Shown: positions 37,635 to 47,271 of the stretch, in pieces | How positions within the stretch are numbered: the first letter of the stretch is position 1 | Layout of the letters: each line of letters begins with the position of its first letter | Source of the DNA: an uncultured Acidobacteriota bacterium | GTDB taxonomy: Bacteria; Acidobacteriota; JAQAZP01 | Assembly (NCBI GenBank): GCA_963836075.1 | Contig: CAWIIB010000008.1 | Location: 96,001-160,000, forward strand | Direction of reading: 5' to 3' | DNA length: 64,000 nucleotides | Translations under genes and position numbers: made by a program | The notes under the pieces: generated by a model | What the model was told of the DNA's origin: nothing | Database searches by the model: none | Seen by the model: the letters and a program-made list of their open reading frames with translations, nothing else

Positions 37635-37664
37635 AGGTTAACGGAACACAGGGGGATGAGTCAA
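37635..37664 (-). promoter_or_regulatory. Candidate sigma70 promoter for the glycan operon
   Basis: TTGACT-N18-TAACCT on the minus strand. Confidence 0.45.
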
Positions 37665-37680
37665 TCAGCGGGCCCGCCCC

Positions 37681-39990
37681 TTATTTGAGCACCGGGACCG
37701 GCTCGTCCTTGCGCCAGAAACGCCGGCTGGGCGGGGTGGCGCCGCGGCGGAAGAGGTCGGTGTGGGTGCCCCGCCGCTGCCGGGCCACCAGCAGGCCGCT
37801 GCGGTCCTGGATCATGCGTTGCACCACGTCGTCGGGCCGTTCCACCGCCGTGGCCGGCCGGGTGGGGGCCGCCTGCACCATGAACGAGCGCCAGATGGGG
37901 GCGGCCGCTCCGGAGCCGGTGAGGCCCAGTGGAGTGCCGTCGTCCACGCCCACCCAGACCGCGGCCACCAGCGGCCCGGTGCCGCCCACGAACCAGGCGT
38001 CACGGCGGTCGGAGGAGGTGCCGGTTTTGCCGAAAACCTCGCGGCCCTCGATCTGTGCCGGGCGGCTGGTGCCCCGCTCCACCGAGTCCACCAGCAGGTC
38101 GCGGATCAGGTAGGCCGATGACGGCCGGACCACCTTCTTGTGCCGCGAGCGGTGTTTGGTGATGGAGCGGCCGCCGGGTTTGGCCAGCCGGGTGTACGGG
38201 GTGAGTTTGGCCCGCCGGCCCAGCACGCCGCTGAACACGGCGTAGGCGTCGGCCAGCTCCAGCGGGGTGGCTTCCACCGAGCCGAGGACAAAGGAGGGAG
38301 GCGCCGGGTCGGGGATGGTGAGGCCGGTCTCGCGCACCATCTGCGCCGCCGTGTCGAAACCGCACCAGCGGCCGATGCGCACGAAGGGCACGTTGAGGCT
38401 CTGGACCACCGATTCGCGGATGGTCACTGCCCCGCGGTACTTGCCGTCATAGTTTTGCGGCTCCCAGTCACCCGACGGCAGGTCGATGCGCAGCGGGCTG
38501 TCGGCCACCTGGCGGGCGGGGTAGAGGGCCTCCGCGGCGCCGTCCCGGTCAAAGGCCTCCAGCAGGACCAGCGGCTTGATCGCCGAGCCCGGCTGGCGCC
38601 GGGCCAGGCGCACCCGGTCGAAGGAGTCGGCTTCCTTGCCCGGGTCGCCGCCCACGTAGGCCAGAATGCGACCGTCTTCGGCGTCGTAGCAGACCAGCGC
38701 CGCGGAGAGGGGCAGCCGGCGCAGCCGGGAGTGGCTCCGCCGCAGCTCCTCCAGCCCCTGGCGGACCGCCTTCTCCGCCTCGGCCTGGAGCAGGGGATCG
38801 ATGGTCGATTCCACCAGCACACCCCGTCCCTTCTCCACCTGCTGCTCCGCCTTCCGTCCCACGATCTCGCTCAGCAGGCTGAGGAAGTGCCGGTTGCCGG
38901 CCGGGCTCACCGCCGCGGTGCGCAGCCGGGGCAGGCCGCGCACCCGGGCCTTGGAGATCTCGGTCTCCGGGGCCCAGCCCAGGTCCTTCATCCGTTCCAG
39001 CACCTGTTCCTGCCGTTCCCGGGCCCGCTGGGGGTTGCGCACCGGGGAGAGCATGTTCGGCCCCTGGATGATGCCGGCCAGCAGGGCCGACTCGCCGAGG
39101 TCCAGCTCCCGGGCGTCCTTGGAGAAGAAGGCCCGGGCGGCGGCGCCAACGCCGTAGATGCTGATCCCGTCGATGTGACCGTAGTAAACGCAGTTGAGGT
39201 AGGCCTGGAGGATCTCCTCCTTGTCGTGGGCCGCTTCCAGCTCCAGGGCGCGCAGCGCCTCGGAGATCTTGCGCCCCCAGGTCCGCCGGGGGGTCAGGTC
39301 GCGGATCTTCACCAGCTGCTGGGTGATGGTGCTGCCGCCCTGGACCACCTTGCCCGCCCGGGCGTTGTTCAGCAGCGCCCGGGCGATGCCCCGGGCGTCG
39401 AGGCCGGTGTGGTCGAAGAACCGGGCGTCCTCGATGGCCAGCACCGCCCGCCAGACGTGATCGGGCAGTTCGTCCAGCCGCACCGGGATCCGGGTGGCCC
39501 GGTTGGACTCCAGCGATTCGGCCAGCAGCTCCGGCTCCAGCCAGTGGCGCTCCGGCTTCCCGGGGAACAGCGGCCCCTCCCCGGGAGGCGGTGGCGGGGG
39601 TTCGAGGATCATGCCGTCCTCCCGGCGCAGGGGCAGGCTGATCAGCTCCGCCTCGTATTCATCCCCGTCCACCTGGTGGGTGTGGCGGTAGATCCAGAAC
39701 GTTTCGTGGCCGTAGAAGAACTCCCCCGGTGACTGGGGCCGCTGGTGCACCCGGCGGTAGCCCAGGCGCTCCAGCCGCTGCAGCAGGCCGGAGCCCTGCA
39801 CCGTGGTGCCCGGCTCGAGGGTGTAGGGGGAGGACCAGATGCGCACCTCGTTGCGGCCCATCTCCTCCTCCAGGCCGGCCAGGGCCACGGCGCCGGGGAG
39901 CAGCAGGGTCAGCATGGTGATCAGCAACAGCAGACGCCCGGGCAATGCCGGGAAGCGGTGATACCTTTGCGGCGTATGGAAAACGGTCAT
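37681..39990 (-). CDS. mrcB: Class A penicillin-binding protein, PBP1B-like (UB2H, transglycosylase, transpeptidase)
   Basis: LERLGYR (UB2H), EDARFFDH.G, QGGSTITQQL.K, RK..E, GSAIKP (SxxK), SLN, GKTGT. Confidence 0.9.
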   Translation of the reverse strand: MTVFHTPQRYHRFPALPGRLLLLITMLTLLLPGAVALAGLEEEMGRNEVRIWSSPYTLEPGTTVQGSGLLQRLERLGYRRVHQRPQSPGEFFYGHETFWIYRHTHQVDGDEYEAELISLPLRREDGMILEPPPPPPGEGPLFPGKPERHWLEPELLAESLESNRATRIPVRLDELPDHVWRAVLAIEDARFFDHTGLDARGIARALLNNARAGKVVQGGSTITQQLVKIRDLTPRRTWGRKISEALRALELEAAHDKEEILQAYLNCVYYGHIDGISIYGVGAAARAFFSKDARELDLGESALLAGIIQGPNMLSPVRNPQRARERQEQVLERMKDLGWAPETEISKARVRGLPRLRTAAVSPAGNRHFLSLLSEIVGRKAEQQVEKGRGVLVESTIDPLLQAEAEKAVRQGLEELRRSHSRLRRLPLSAALVCYDAEDGRILAYVGGDPGKEADSFDRVRLARRQPGSAIKPLVLLEAFDRDGAAEALYPARQVADSPLRIDLPSGDWEPQNYDGKYRGAVTIRESVVQSLNVPFVRIGRWCGFDTAAQMVRETGLTIPDPAPPSFVLGSVEATPLELADAYAVFSGVLGRRAKLTPYTRLAKPGGRSITKHRSRHKKVVRPSSAYLIRDLLVDSVERGTSRPAQIEGREVFGKTGTSSDRRDAWFVGGTGPLVAAVWVGVDDGTPLGLTGSGAAAPIWRSFMVQAAPTRPATAVERPDDVVQRMIQDRSGLLVARQRRGTHTDLFRRGATPPSRRFWRKDEPVPVLK

Positions 39991-40076
39991 TGCTCGTCCT
40001 TTGGTTGTGTTTTGTCCTCAATATCAGGATAGACCAGCGGGACGGGGAAGGCAAAGCACTGGCCGGACGTGCAGCT

Positions 40077-40937
40077 TCACGCCTTCTCATCCAGCGCGGC
40101 CAGCAGCGGCGGCCAGAAATCCTCACCCAGGGCCAGGCCCAGTTCGAAGTGCGCCACCCCGGCCGCCATCTCGCTGCAGGCGCTGAAGATGGCGTCGCTC
40201 AGATGAAACCCCTGGTAGAGCAGCACCCGCCTCATCAAGCCTGGGACGGCGTCGGCCGCGCTGAGCCGGGTCAGGGTGAATACGGGTGTTTTGGCCAGCC
40301 GGAAGAACCCGCGCACCGGGAACCCGCCCGGGTGTGGCGGCTGCTCCGGGTGGTGCAGCAGCGGCGTGGCCCAGGCCGTGGCCCGTCCGCCGTCCGCCTG
40401 GACCAGGGTGGCGTCCTCGGCCAGGCAGCGCAGGGCAGACATGGAGCGGGCCGCCGCCGTGCTCTTGCCGGCCCCGGAGAGGCCGTAGAGGACAAAGGCC
40501 TTCTCCTGGTGGACCAGGGTGGCGGCGTGGAGCAGAAACCCGTTGTGGGCCGGCGCGTGAACCGAAACCAGAAAGCGGAGCAGGTTGTCAAAGGCGTAGA
40601 TATCCGCCTGGGGAAGGATCACCTGCAGGTCGCGGAAGCCGGCCGTGGAGCGGGCGAGGAAGTCGCGGTGCTCGATTCGGAACTGCTCCCCCCGGCGGTG
40701 GAGCGCGGTGACTTCGGACCGCTCGCTCCAGATGCCCTGGCCGCGCAGACCGCGAAAACGGAGACGGACCGTGGCGTCAATCCGCCCGTCGTCGTGGGCG
40801 ATGAAGTTGCGATACCCGTCGATGCCCTCCAGCCAGCGGGAAAAATGCCGGTCCGGGCCGCGGAGGGCGATCCTGATGCCGCCGATCTCGAGAATGGGCA
40901 CAGCGGGAACCTCCGGATTGATGGACAATGAACTCAT
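40077..40937 (-). CDS. HPr-kinase-related P-loop protein (ScmC/HprK-rel-like)
   Basis: FLLHAATL...AFVLYGLSGAGKST, LAED..LV, ATP: the H / Walker A / (D)D layout of HprK-like kinases. Confidence 0.75.
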   Translation of the reverse strand: MSSLSINPEVPAVPILEIGGIRIALRGPDRHFSRWLEGIDGYRNFIAHDDGRIDATVRLRFRGLRGQGIWSERSEVTALHRRGEQFRIEHRDFLARSTAGFRDLQVILPQADIYAFDNLLRFLVSVHAPAHNGFLLHAATLVHQEKAFVLYGLSGAGKSTAAARSMSALRCLAEDATLVQADGGRATAWATPLLHHPEQPPHPGGFPVRGFFRLAKTPVFTLTRLSAADAVPGLMRRVLLYQGFHLSDAIFSACSEMAAGVAHFELGLALGEDFWPPLLAALDEKA

Positions 40938-41050
40938 GGTACACTGCCGGGCCGCTCACCCGAAAGGGCATGGCGTACGGGCGGTGGTTGGGGTATATTC
41001 GTTTCACTGGAAGATGCATTCCACAGATCAGATCAGCAGGAGGGCTGCCG

Positions 41051-41317
41051 ATGAACAAGCGGTCGTACCGGACTCCGCGGGTAATCTCCGAAAAAACGTT
41101 CGAAACCACCGCCCTGGCCTGTGCAAAAGTTTCGGATCCCCCACCCGGATCATGGCACTTTGGCTCGGCCTACGACACCTTCACCGGACACTTCGGCGAA
41201 CCCCTGGGCACCATGGAATCGCTTTCCGGCAGCACCGGCATCGGTTTTGGCCCGGGAGGGACCAGCGGCAGTTATGTCTATTCCGGTCTTTGCAACTGGG
41301 TGGGCGGCGGCACCTAG
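41051..41317 (+). CDS. RiPP-precursor-like peptide (88 aa)
   Basis: RBS gcaggagg, ATG 41051; leader MNKRSYRTPRVISEKTFETTALAC (KxxYxxPxV); G/S/T/aromatic-rich tail. Confidence 0.7.
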   Translation: MNKRSYRTPRVISEKTFETTALACAKVSDPPPGSWHFGSAYDTFTGHFGEPLGTMESLSGSTGIGFGPGGTSGSYVYSGLCNWVGGGT

Positions 41318-41332
41318 GGGGAGGCTGGTCTT

Positions 41333-41977
41333 TTGAACACCACTGCGGAAAGCTTCGGCCTCTACCTGATCCTGACCAGCCCGGCGGCGGGGTACGAGAC
41401 CTGCGCCGAGGCGGCGGTGAACTGCGGCCTGCGCTACCTCCAGCTGCGGATGAAGGAGACCCCGGATGACCAGGCCCTGCCGGTGGCCCGCCGGCTGCGG
41501 GAGATCACCCGGGGCAGCGGCACCCGTTTCATCGTCAACGACTCGGTGGCTTTGGCCGCCGAGGCCGACGCCGACGGGGTCCACCTGGGGCAGGGCGACA
41601 TGGGGATCGAGGAGGCCCGCGCCTTATGGAACGAGGAGGGACGGATCTACGGGCTCTCCACCCACAACCCGGAGCAGGCCCGCCGGGCCGCGGCCCTGGG
41701 CCCCGACTACATCGGCGTGGGCCCGGTTTATGCCACCACCTCCAAGGCGGTGCCCGACCCGGTGCTGGGCCTGGAGGACATGGGCCGGATGATCAAGGAG
41801 TCGCCGGTGCCCGCCGTGGCCCTGGGGGGCATCTTTGAGGAAAACCTGCCCGAGGTGCTGGCCGGCGGTGCGCTGAACTTCGCCGTGGTCCGTGCCGTGA
41901 ACCAGGCCGACGACCCGGAAGCGGCCATCAGGCGTCTGATGGAGATCTGGCAGGCCCACCGGGACTTCCCGCTCTGA
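41333..41977 (+). CDS. thiE: Thiamine-phosphate synthase
   Basis: QLRMK, IVND, DGVHLGQGD, GLSTH, DYIGVGPVYATTSK, ALGGI. Confidence 0.93.
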   Translation: MNTTAESFGLYLILTSPAAGYETCAEAAVNCGLRYLQLRMKETPDDQALPVARRLREITRGSGTRFIVNDSVALAAEADADGVHLGQGDMGIEEARALWNEEGRIYGLSTHNPEQARRAAALGPDYIGVGPVYATTSKAVPDPVLGLEDMGRMIKESPVPAVALGGIFEENLPEVLAGGALNFAVVRAVNQADDPEAAIRRLMEIWQAHRDFPL

Positions 41978-42004
41978 CGGGAGAGAGGAGACTCAGGTAC
42001 GGGG

Positions 42005-43045
42005 ATGATTGCCCTTCTGCTCTATTTTCTGCTTGCTGTCCTGCTGTCCTTCCTCTGTTCGATCCTCGAAGCGGTGCTGCTCTCCATCTCCCACGCCCAC
42101 GTCGAGCTGCTGATCAGGGACGGGCAGCGCAGCGGCCGCATCCTGAGGAATCTCAAGAAACGGGTCGACCGGCCGCTGGCCGCCATCCTCACCGTGAACA
42201 CGGTGGCCAACACCGTGGGGGCGGCCGGTGTGGGCGCCCAGGCCCTGGTGGTCTTCGGCAGTAAATGGGTGGCCCTGGTCTCCGGCCTGCTCACCTTCGC
42301 CATCCTCGTCTTCTCCGAAGTGATCCCCAAGACCCTGGGCGCGGCCCACTGGAAGCGCCTGGCGCCCTTCTCCGCCTACGCCATCACCGTGTTGATCTAC
42401 ATCTGCTACCCGGTGGTGCTGCTGCTCCGCGCCGTGTCCCGGCTGGTTGCCGGGAAAAGCGGGGGGCAGGCCCGGATCACCCGCCGGGAGCTGAGCGCCC
42501 TGGCCGGTATCGGGGCCGACGAGGGCACGCTGATGGGCAAGGAGAAGCGGGTGATCCAGAACCTGCTGCGGTTGAAATACATCCGGGCCGGTGACGTGAT
42601 GACCCCCCGCTCGGTGATGACCGCTCTGCAGAAGGACCTCACCGTTGATCAGGCCATGGAGCAGGCGGAACAGCTGAAGTTTTCCCGGATCCCGATCTAC
42701 GAGAAGAACATGGACCGGGTCACCGGGCTGGTGCTGCGTTTCCGCATTTTTGAAGCCCAGTCGGCGGGGAAGGGGCAGCAGACCATGGAACAGCTGTCCC
42801 AGCCGATCCACGCCGTGCCCGAGTCGAAATCGATCGCCGGGACCCTGGACGAGTTCATCAAGCGGCGGGAGCACCTCTTCCTGGTGGTGGACGAATACGG
42901 GGGCACCGAGGGCATCGTCACCCTGGAGGACGCCATCGAGACCCTGCTGGGGGTGGAGATCGTCGACGAGTTCGACTCGGTGGCCGACATGCGCCAGTAT
43001 GCCCTGGAGTGCTGGGAGAAGAAGAAACGGGATCTGAACGTTTGA
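42005..43045 (+). CDS. CNNM/CorC-family (DUF21 plus CBS) membrane protein
   Basis: SFLCSILEA, SEVIPK, VMTPR, FSRIP, VVDEYGG..GIVTLED..E. Confidence 0.92.
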   Translation: MIALLLYFLLAVLLSFLCSILEAVLLSISHAHVELLIRDGQRSGRILRNLKKRVDRPLAAILTVNTVANTVGAAGVGAQALVVFGSKWVALVSGLLTFAILVFSEVIPKTLGAAHWKRLAPFSAYAITVLIYICYPVVLLLRAVSRLVAGKSGGQARITRRELSALAGIGADEGTLMGKEKRVIQNLLRLKYIRAGDVMTPRSVMTALQKDLTVDQAMEQAEQLKFSRIPIYEKNMDRVTGLVLRFRIFEAQSAGKGQQTMEQLSQPIHAVPESKSIAGTLDEFIKRREHLFLVVDEYGGTEGIVTLEDAIETLLGVEIVDEFDSVADMRQYALECWEKKKRDLNV

Positions 43046-43198
43046 ACATTCGGGACCAGATCCCCGGGCGCGGTTGTTTTTGCATGCCCACTGAACGCAT
43101 TCCGCTGGTTCGCGTATTGAACTGAAAGGGATATTTTCAATACGCCTCGCGGCCATGGTGTGCCGTCTGGGTCAACACCGGGAAGAGGAGAGCAGAAG

Positions 43199-44044
43199 AT
43201 GGAGCGCAACCGCACGATCGGTATCGGGGCCGCCCTGGTGGTGGTCGTGGCCCTGCTGGCATTGTTCGCCTACCACAAACAGCAGCAGAAAATGGCCGCC
43301 ACTGCACCTGCGGTTGAAGCCGCTGCTGAAAACCTGGACGTGCCCGGGTTGCAAGACCAGGCGGGAGAGCCGGTGCCGCCGCCGGTGCCGCCGGAATCGC
43401 CTCGCTGGGACGCCGGGGGCGTGACCCTGGCCGGGAGCGACACGGTGTTTCGCGGCATCGTTCGCGAACTCTCCGGCCACCCGCTGCTGCCCCGGATGCT
43501 GGCCCTGGACGGGCTGGCCGATACCTTCGTGGCCGCGGTGGACAACATCACCGAGGGCGCCACCCCGGTCCGGCAGTTCGCCGCCCTGGCTCCCGGCGAC
43601 CCCTTTGCCCCGGATCTGGCCGGTGAGACCTTTGTCTTCAGCGAGGAGAATGCCGGCCGCTACGACCTGGTTGCCGGGCTGGCCCTCTCCTTCTCCCCGG
43701 AAGACTGTGTCGAACTCTACCGCACCTTCTATCCCCTGCTGGCCCAGTCCTACCAGGAACTGGGCTACCCCGACGCCGACTTCCACCGGGCGTTCACCGG
43801 GGCGCTGCGCCACCTGGTGGCGACGCCGGTGCCGGAAGGGCCGGTGATGCTGGAGCGCAAGGTCACCACATACGCCTATGCCGACCCGCGGCTGGAGTCC
43901 CTCTCCCCGGCCCAGAAGCAGCTGTTGCGCACCGGGCCCGAGAACGCGCGCCGGATCAGGCAGTGGCTGAGCGAAGTGGACCAGCTGCTGCAGGCCTCGC
44001 CGGCCGCGGCCCCGGCGTCCGAGCCGGAAGCGGAACTTCCCTGA
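43199..44044 (+). CDS. DUF3014-domain protein
   Basis: N-terminal TM; YPL..Q.Y.ELGYP, YADP.LE.LS.AQKQLLR.GP.N. Confidence 0.85.
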   Translation: MERNRTIGIGAALVVVVALLALFAYHKQQQKMAATAPAVEAAAENLDVPGLQDQAGEPVPPPVPPESPRWDAGGVTLAGSDTVFRGIVRELSGHPLLPRMLALDGLADTFVAAVDNITEGATPVRQFAALAPGDPFAPDLAGETFVFSEENAGRYDLVAGLALSFSPEDCVELYRTFYPLLAQSYQELGYPDADFHRAFTGALRHLVATPVPEGPVMLERKVTTYAYADPRLESLSPAQKQLLRTGPENARRIRQWLSEVDQLLQASPAAAPASEPEAELP

Positions 44045-44160
44045 CCGTCGCCACGCTTGAATCGGACCACGGGCCGCGCTACACTTTCCTCGCGTTCGTG
44101 TTACCAACCATCCCATCTGTGTCCGGGACAGTGCGTATTGCGGGCAGTGGTGTCGGAACC

Positions 44161-45543
44161 ATGAATTCGAGAAAAGACAAACCAGGAACCCGTTTCGGGC
44201 TGTTGCTCTGCCTGGCGCTTTTCGTCCTCCTTTCTTCCGCCCTCCCCTGCGCCGCCTCCGCTACACCGGTTCCGGTGACCAGGCCTTCGGTGATCGTGAT
44301 CTGCGTCGACACGCTGCGTGCCGACCACCTCACGGCGTACGGCTGCCGCCGTCCGCTGACCCCCCGCATGGACCGCCTGATGGACCGGGGCGTGGTGATG
44401 GAGACGGCACGCACCCCGGTGCCCCTGACCACGCCGGCGGTGGCGTCGGTGCTCACTTCGCTGCACCCCCACCGTCACGGCTCCACCCGAAACGGGGTGC
44501 CGGTCTTTCCCGGCCTGGCGACCCTGCCCGCCCTGCTGGCGGCCGAGGGCTACCAGACCGCGGCCGTGATCAGCAACTGGACCCTGCGCGACCAGCTCTC
44601 CAACCTCGGCACCGGCTTCCATTCCTATATCGAGGCCTTTGACCGCAAGCGCTGGCGCTGGCTGTTCAAGAGCGAGGGCTCGGCAACCCTGGTCAACAGC
44701 AGAACCATGCAGTGGGTCGACGGGCCGCGGGACCCACGGCAGCCGTTTTTCCTCTGGGTGCACTACGTCGAGCCCCACGCACCATACCGTTTTCACGGGG
44801 CTTTCGCGGATCAGGTCGGCGTGGTGACCGGCGGCCCGGCCGATGCCGCCCAGCGCTATGCCACCGAGGTGGCCTTTGTGGACGCCCGGCTGGGTGAGCT
44901 GCTGGACGGCCTCGAGGAGCGGGGCCTGATGGAGAACAGCCTGGTGGTCCTGATGGCCGACCACGGCGAGAGCCTGGGCGAGCATTCCGTCTGGGGGCAT
45001 GGCAAGGTCTGCTACGAGGAGGGGCTGCGGGTCCCGCTGGCCTTTGTCCGCCCGGGGGTCATCCCGGCCGGCCGGCGGGTGCGGTCCCAGGTCACGCTGC
45101 TCGACGTGGCGCCCACCATTCTCGGTCTGCTGGGGCTGGAGCCGCCCCCGGCCATGGAGGGCCGGGATCTTTCGGAGGTCTGTACCGGCCGCCGGGAGCT
45201 GGGGGAGGAGCCGTGCTACTTCCAGGCCCAGCGCGGAGCGGTGCTGCGGCGCAGGAACGTGGAAAAGGGCCGGGTCCGCGGGCCGCTGGAAATCAGCCGG
45301 ATTCACGGGCCGGTCAAGACCACTGTCCGCTTCCACTCGGCGGGAGAACTGTTTCGCTACGACCTGAACGCCGACCCCAGGGAGACGCACAACCTCGCCC
45401 GGCCCGGTGAACCCCTTCCCGGGGAACTGGCAGAGTGGGAGCAGGATGTCTTCAGCACCCTGGCCGGCCATCAGCGGGAAGACCCGGTGCTGGCCGAGGA
45501 AGATGTGGAACAGCTGAAGGCTCTCGGCTACCTGGTGGAGTGA
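44161..45543 (+). CDS. Exported sulfatase-like protein
   Basis: Signal/TM; ICVDTLRAD, PLTTPAVAS (Thr-type), WVHYVEPHAPY, ADHGE, LKALGYL. Confidence 0.87.
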   Translation: MNSRKDKPGTRFGLLLCLALFVLLSSALPCAASATPVPVTRPSVIVICVDTLRADHLTAYGCRRPLTPRMDRLMDRGVVMETARTPVPLTTPAVASVLTSLHPHRHGSTRNGVPVFPGLATLPALLAAEGYQTAAVISNWTLRDQLSNLGTGFHSYIEAFDRKRWRWLFKSEGSATLVNSRTMQWVDGPRDPRQPFFLWVHYVEPHAPYRFHGAFADQVGVVTGGPADAAQRYATEVAFVDARLGELLDGLEERGLMENSLVVLMADHGESLGEHSVWGHGKVCYEEGLRVPLAFVRPGVIPAGRRVRSQVTLLDVAPTILGLLGLEPPPAMEGRDLSEVCTGRRELGEEPCYFQAQRGAVLRRRNVEKGRVRGPLEISRIHGPVKTTVRFHSAGELFRYDLNADPRETHNLARPGEPLPGELAEWEQDVFSTLAGHQREDPVLAEEDVEQLKALGYLVE

Positions 45544-45660
45544 CCGCCGGCCGCATTGACCGCTCCGGCCGGATGCCATAGACTCCACTTCGGACCAGTC
45601 CCGGGCCTGTTCACGGCGGGCATTCCCTGCCGTTCCCTCACGACCTGGCGGAGAGACAAC

Positions 45661-47253
45661 GTGCCGAAAGCCGGACCATATCTCCTCTCTATCTGCGCGC
45701 GCACCTCCACAGTGATGCTGATCGTCGTCCTGCTGTTCACGGCGCTGCCCGCGGCGGCCCAGCAGGTGGCCGGCAGCCTGACCCTGCGTATCGAGGGTGT
45801 CATCCACCGGGTGCCCGTCTATCTCTTCGACGAAAATGAATATGTCAGTCTCGACGACCTGGCCAGCCTTTTTGGCGCCTCACTGCTCTATGACGATGCG
45901 GTGGTCAACGTGGTGATCGAGTTCCGCGGGACCAAGGCGATGCTCTCGATGAAAGAATCGCTGACCACGGTGGGTGACCGGCTCTTTCTCATCGAACCGT
46001 CTCCCCGGTTGGTGGAAGGCCGAATTTTTGTTCCACCGAGCTTCATCAACCGGGTCTTCGGTGCGCTGTACCCCGGCGGCGCGTCCTCGGACGCCGAGCG
46101 GCGGCTGCTCGATTTCGGCAGCGCCGGGCCGCTGGAGGTGGAGCTGAAGCTCGAACTGCAGCGCGACGTCAGCACCCTCCGCTTCCGCTGGGGGGGCGAT
46201 GCCCGCTGCCGGGTTGATGTGGACGCCGCGGGCGCCTGGATCCATTTCCCCCGGGCCCGGACACTGGTCACCGGTTTTGAGGACACCCATGTGGGCAACG
46301 GCATAATCGAGGATGTCCGTTTTGGCCGCTCCGACGGGACCCACGGATTCCTGGTCACCTTCGGACCGCAGTTTCACCTGCACCGCGTCCGGGATACGGG
46401 GGACAACGGCGAACTGCTCCTCGATCTGTTCCGCCGGACATCCAGTTCAAAGCCCCTGGTCCCGCAGCTGGCGGGGCCGGACCGCAGCGGTGCGGCCATC
46501 GGTTCCCGCGACCGGGCTTCCGCCGACACGGGCCCCCGCCTGCTGCGCTCGGTGGTCATCGACCCCGGTCACGGCGGATCGGAGAGCGGGGCCATCGGCT
46601 CCACCGGGCTCAAGGAAAAGGATGTGGTGCTGGACGTGGCGGTCCGGCTGGCCCGGATGCTCCGGGACCAGGCGGGCCTCGAGGTCTACCTGACCCGGGA
46701 GAACGACCAGCTGCTGCCCCTCGCCTCGCGCACCGCCCTGGCCAACCACCAGCAGGCCGACCTGTTTATCAGCCTGCACGCCAACGCATCCACCAGCCCG
46801 GGCGCCCGGGGTTCCGAGACCTATTTCCTCAGCGCCGATGCCACCGATGACGAGGCCCGCAACCTGGCCGCCCTGGAAAACCGGGTCGCGGAGGAGGCGG
46901 AACGCCGGGCCGTGGCCGATGCCGGCCTGGAGATGATTCTCTGGGACCTGGCCCAGACCGAGTATCTGCTGGAGAGCAGCCGCCTGGCCGAGCGGATCCA
47001 GCAGGAACTGAACAGCCTGCTCAACACGCCCAACCGGGGGATCAAACAGGCCCCCTTCCGGGTGCTGGAGGGCGCCACCATGCCGGCGGTGCTGGTGGAA
47101 ACGGCCTTCATCACCAACCCCGAGGAAGAACTGCTGCTGCTCAAGGAATCGTTCCGCGAGCGGATCGCCACCGCGCTCTACCGCAGCGTACTCGCCTTCA
47201 AGCGGGATTACGAAACCATGTCCAGGGGCGCCGCCGAATCCGGCAGGCCCTGA
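45661..47253 (+). CDS. N-acetylmuramoyl-L-alanine amidase (Amidase_3)
   Basis: IDPGHGG, EK, ISLHAN, MPAVLVE..F..N. Start uncertain (45661 or 45715). Confidence 0.92.
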   Translation: MPKAGPYLLSICARTSTVMLIVVLLFTALPAAAQQVAGSLTLRIEGVIHRVPVYLFDENEYVSLDDLASLFGASLLYDDAVVNVVIEFRGTKAMLSMKESLTTVGDRLFLIEPSPRLVEGRIFVPPSFINRVFGALYPGGASSDAERRLLDFGSAGPLEVELKLELQRDVSTLRFRWGGDARCRVDVDAAGAWIHFPRARTLVTGFEDTHVGNGIIEDVRFGRSDGTHGFLVTFGPQFHLHRVRDTGDNGELLLDLFRRTSSSKPLVPQLAGPDRSGAAIGSRDRASADTGPRLLRSVVIDPGHGGSESGAIGSTGLKEKDVVLDVAVRLARMLRDQAGLEVYLTRENDQLLPLASRTALANHQQADLFISLHANASTSPGARGSETYFLSADATDDEARNLAALENRVAEEAERRAVADAGLEMILWDLAQTEYLLESSRLAERIQQELNSLLNTPNRGIKQAPFRVLEGATMPAVLVETAFITNPEEELLLLKESFRERIATALYRSVLAFKRDYETMSRGAAESGRP

Positions 47254-47271
47254 AGCTCGGAGCGCCACCCG

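Noticed and set aside
22304-41977. ThiH-like domain plus thiE as a thiamine pathway
   Set aside because: They are 16 kb apart, no thiG/thiS/thiF or TPP riboswitch was recognised, and the radical SAM domain is divergent and tied to glycan genes.
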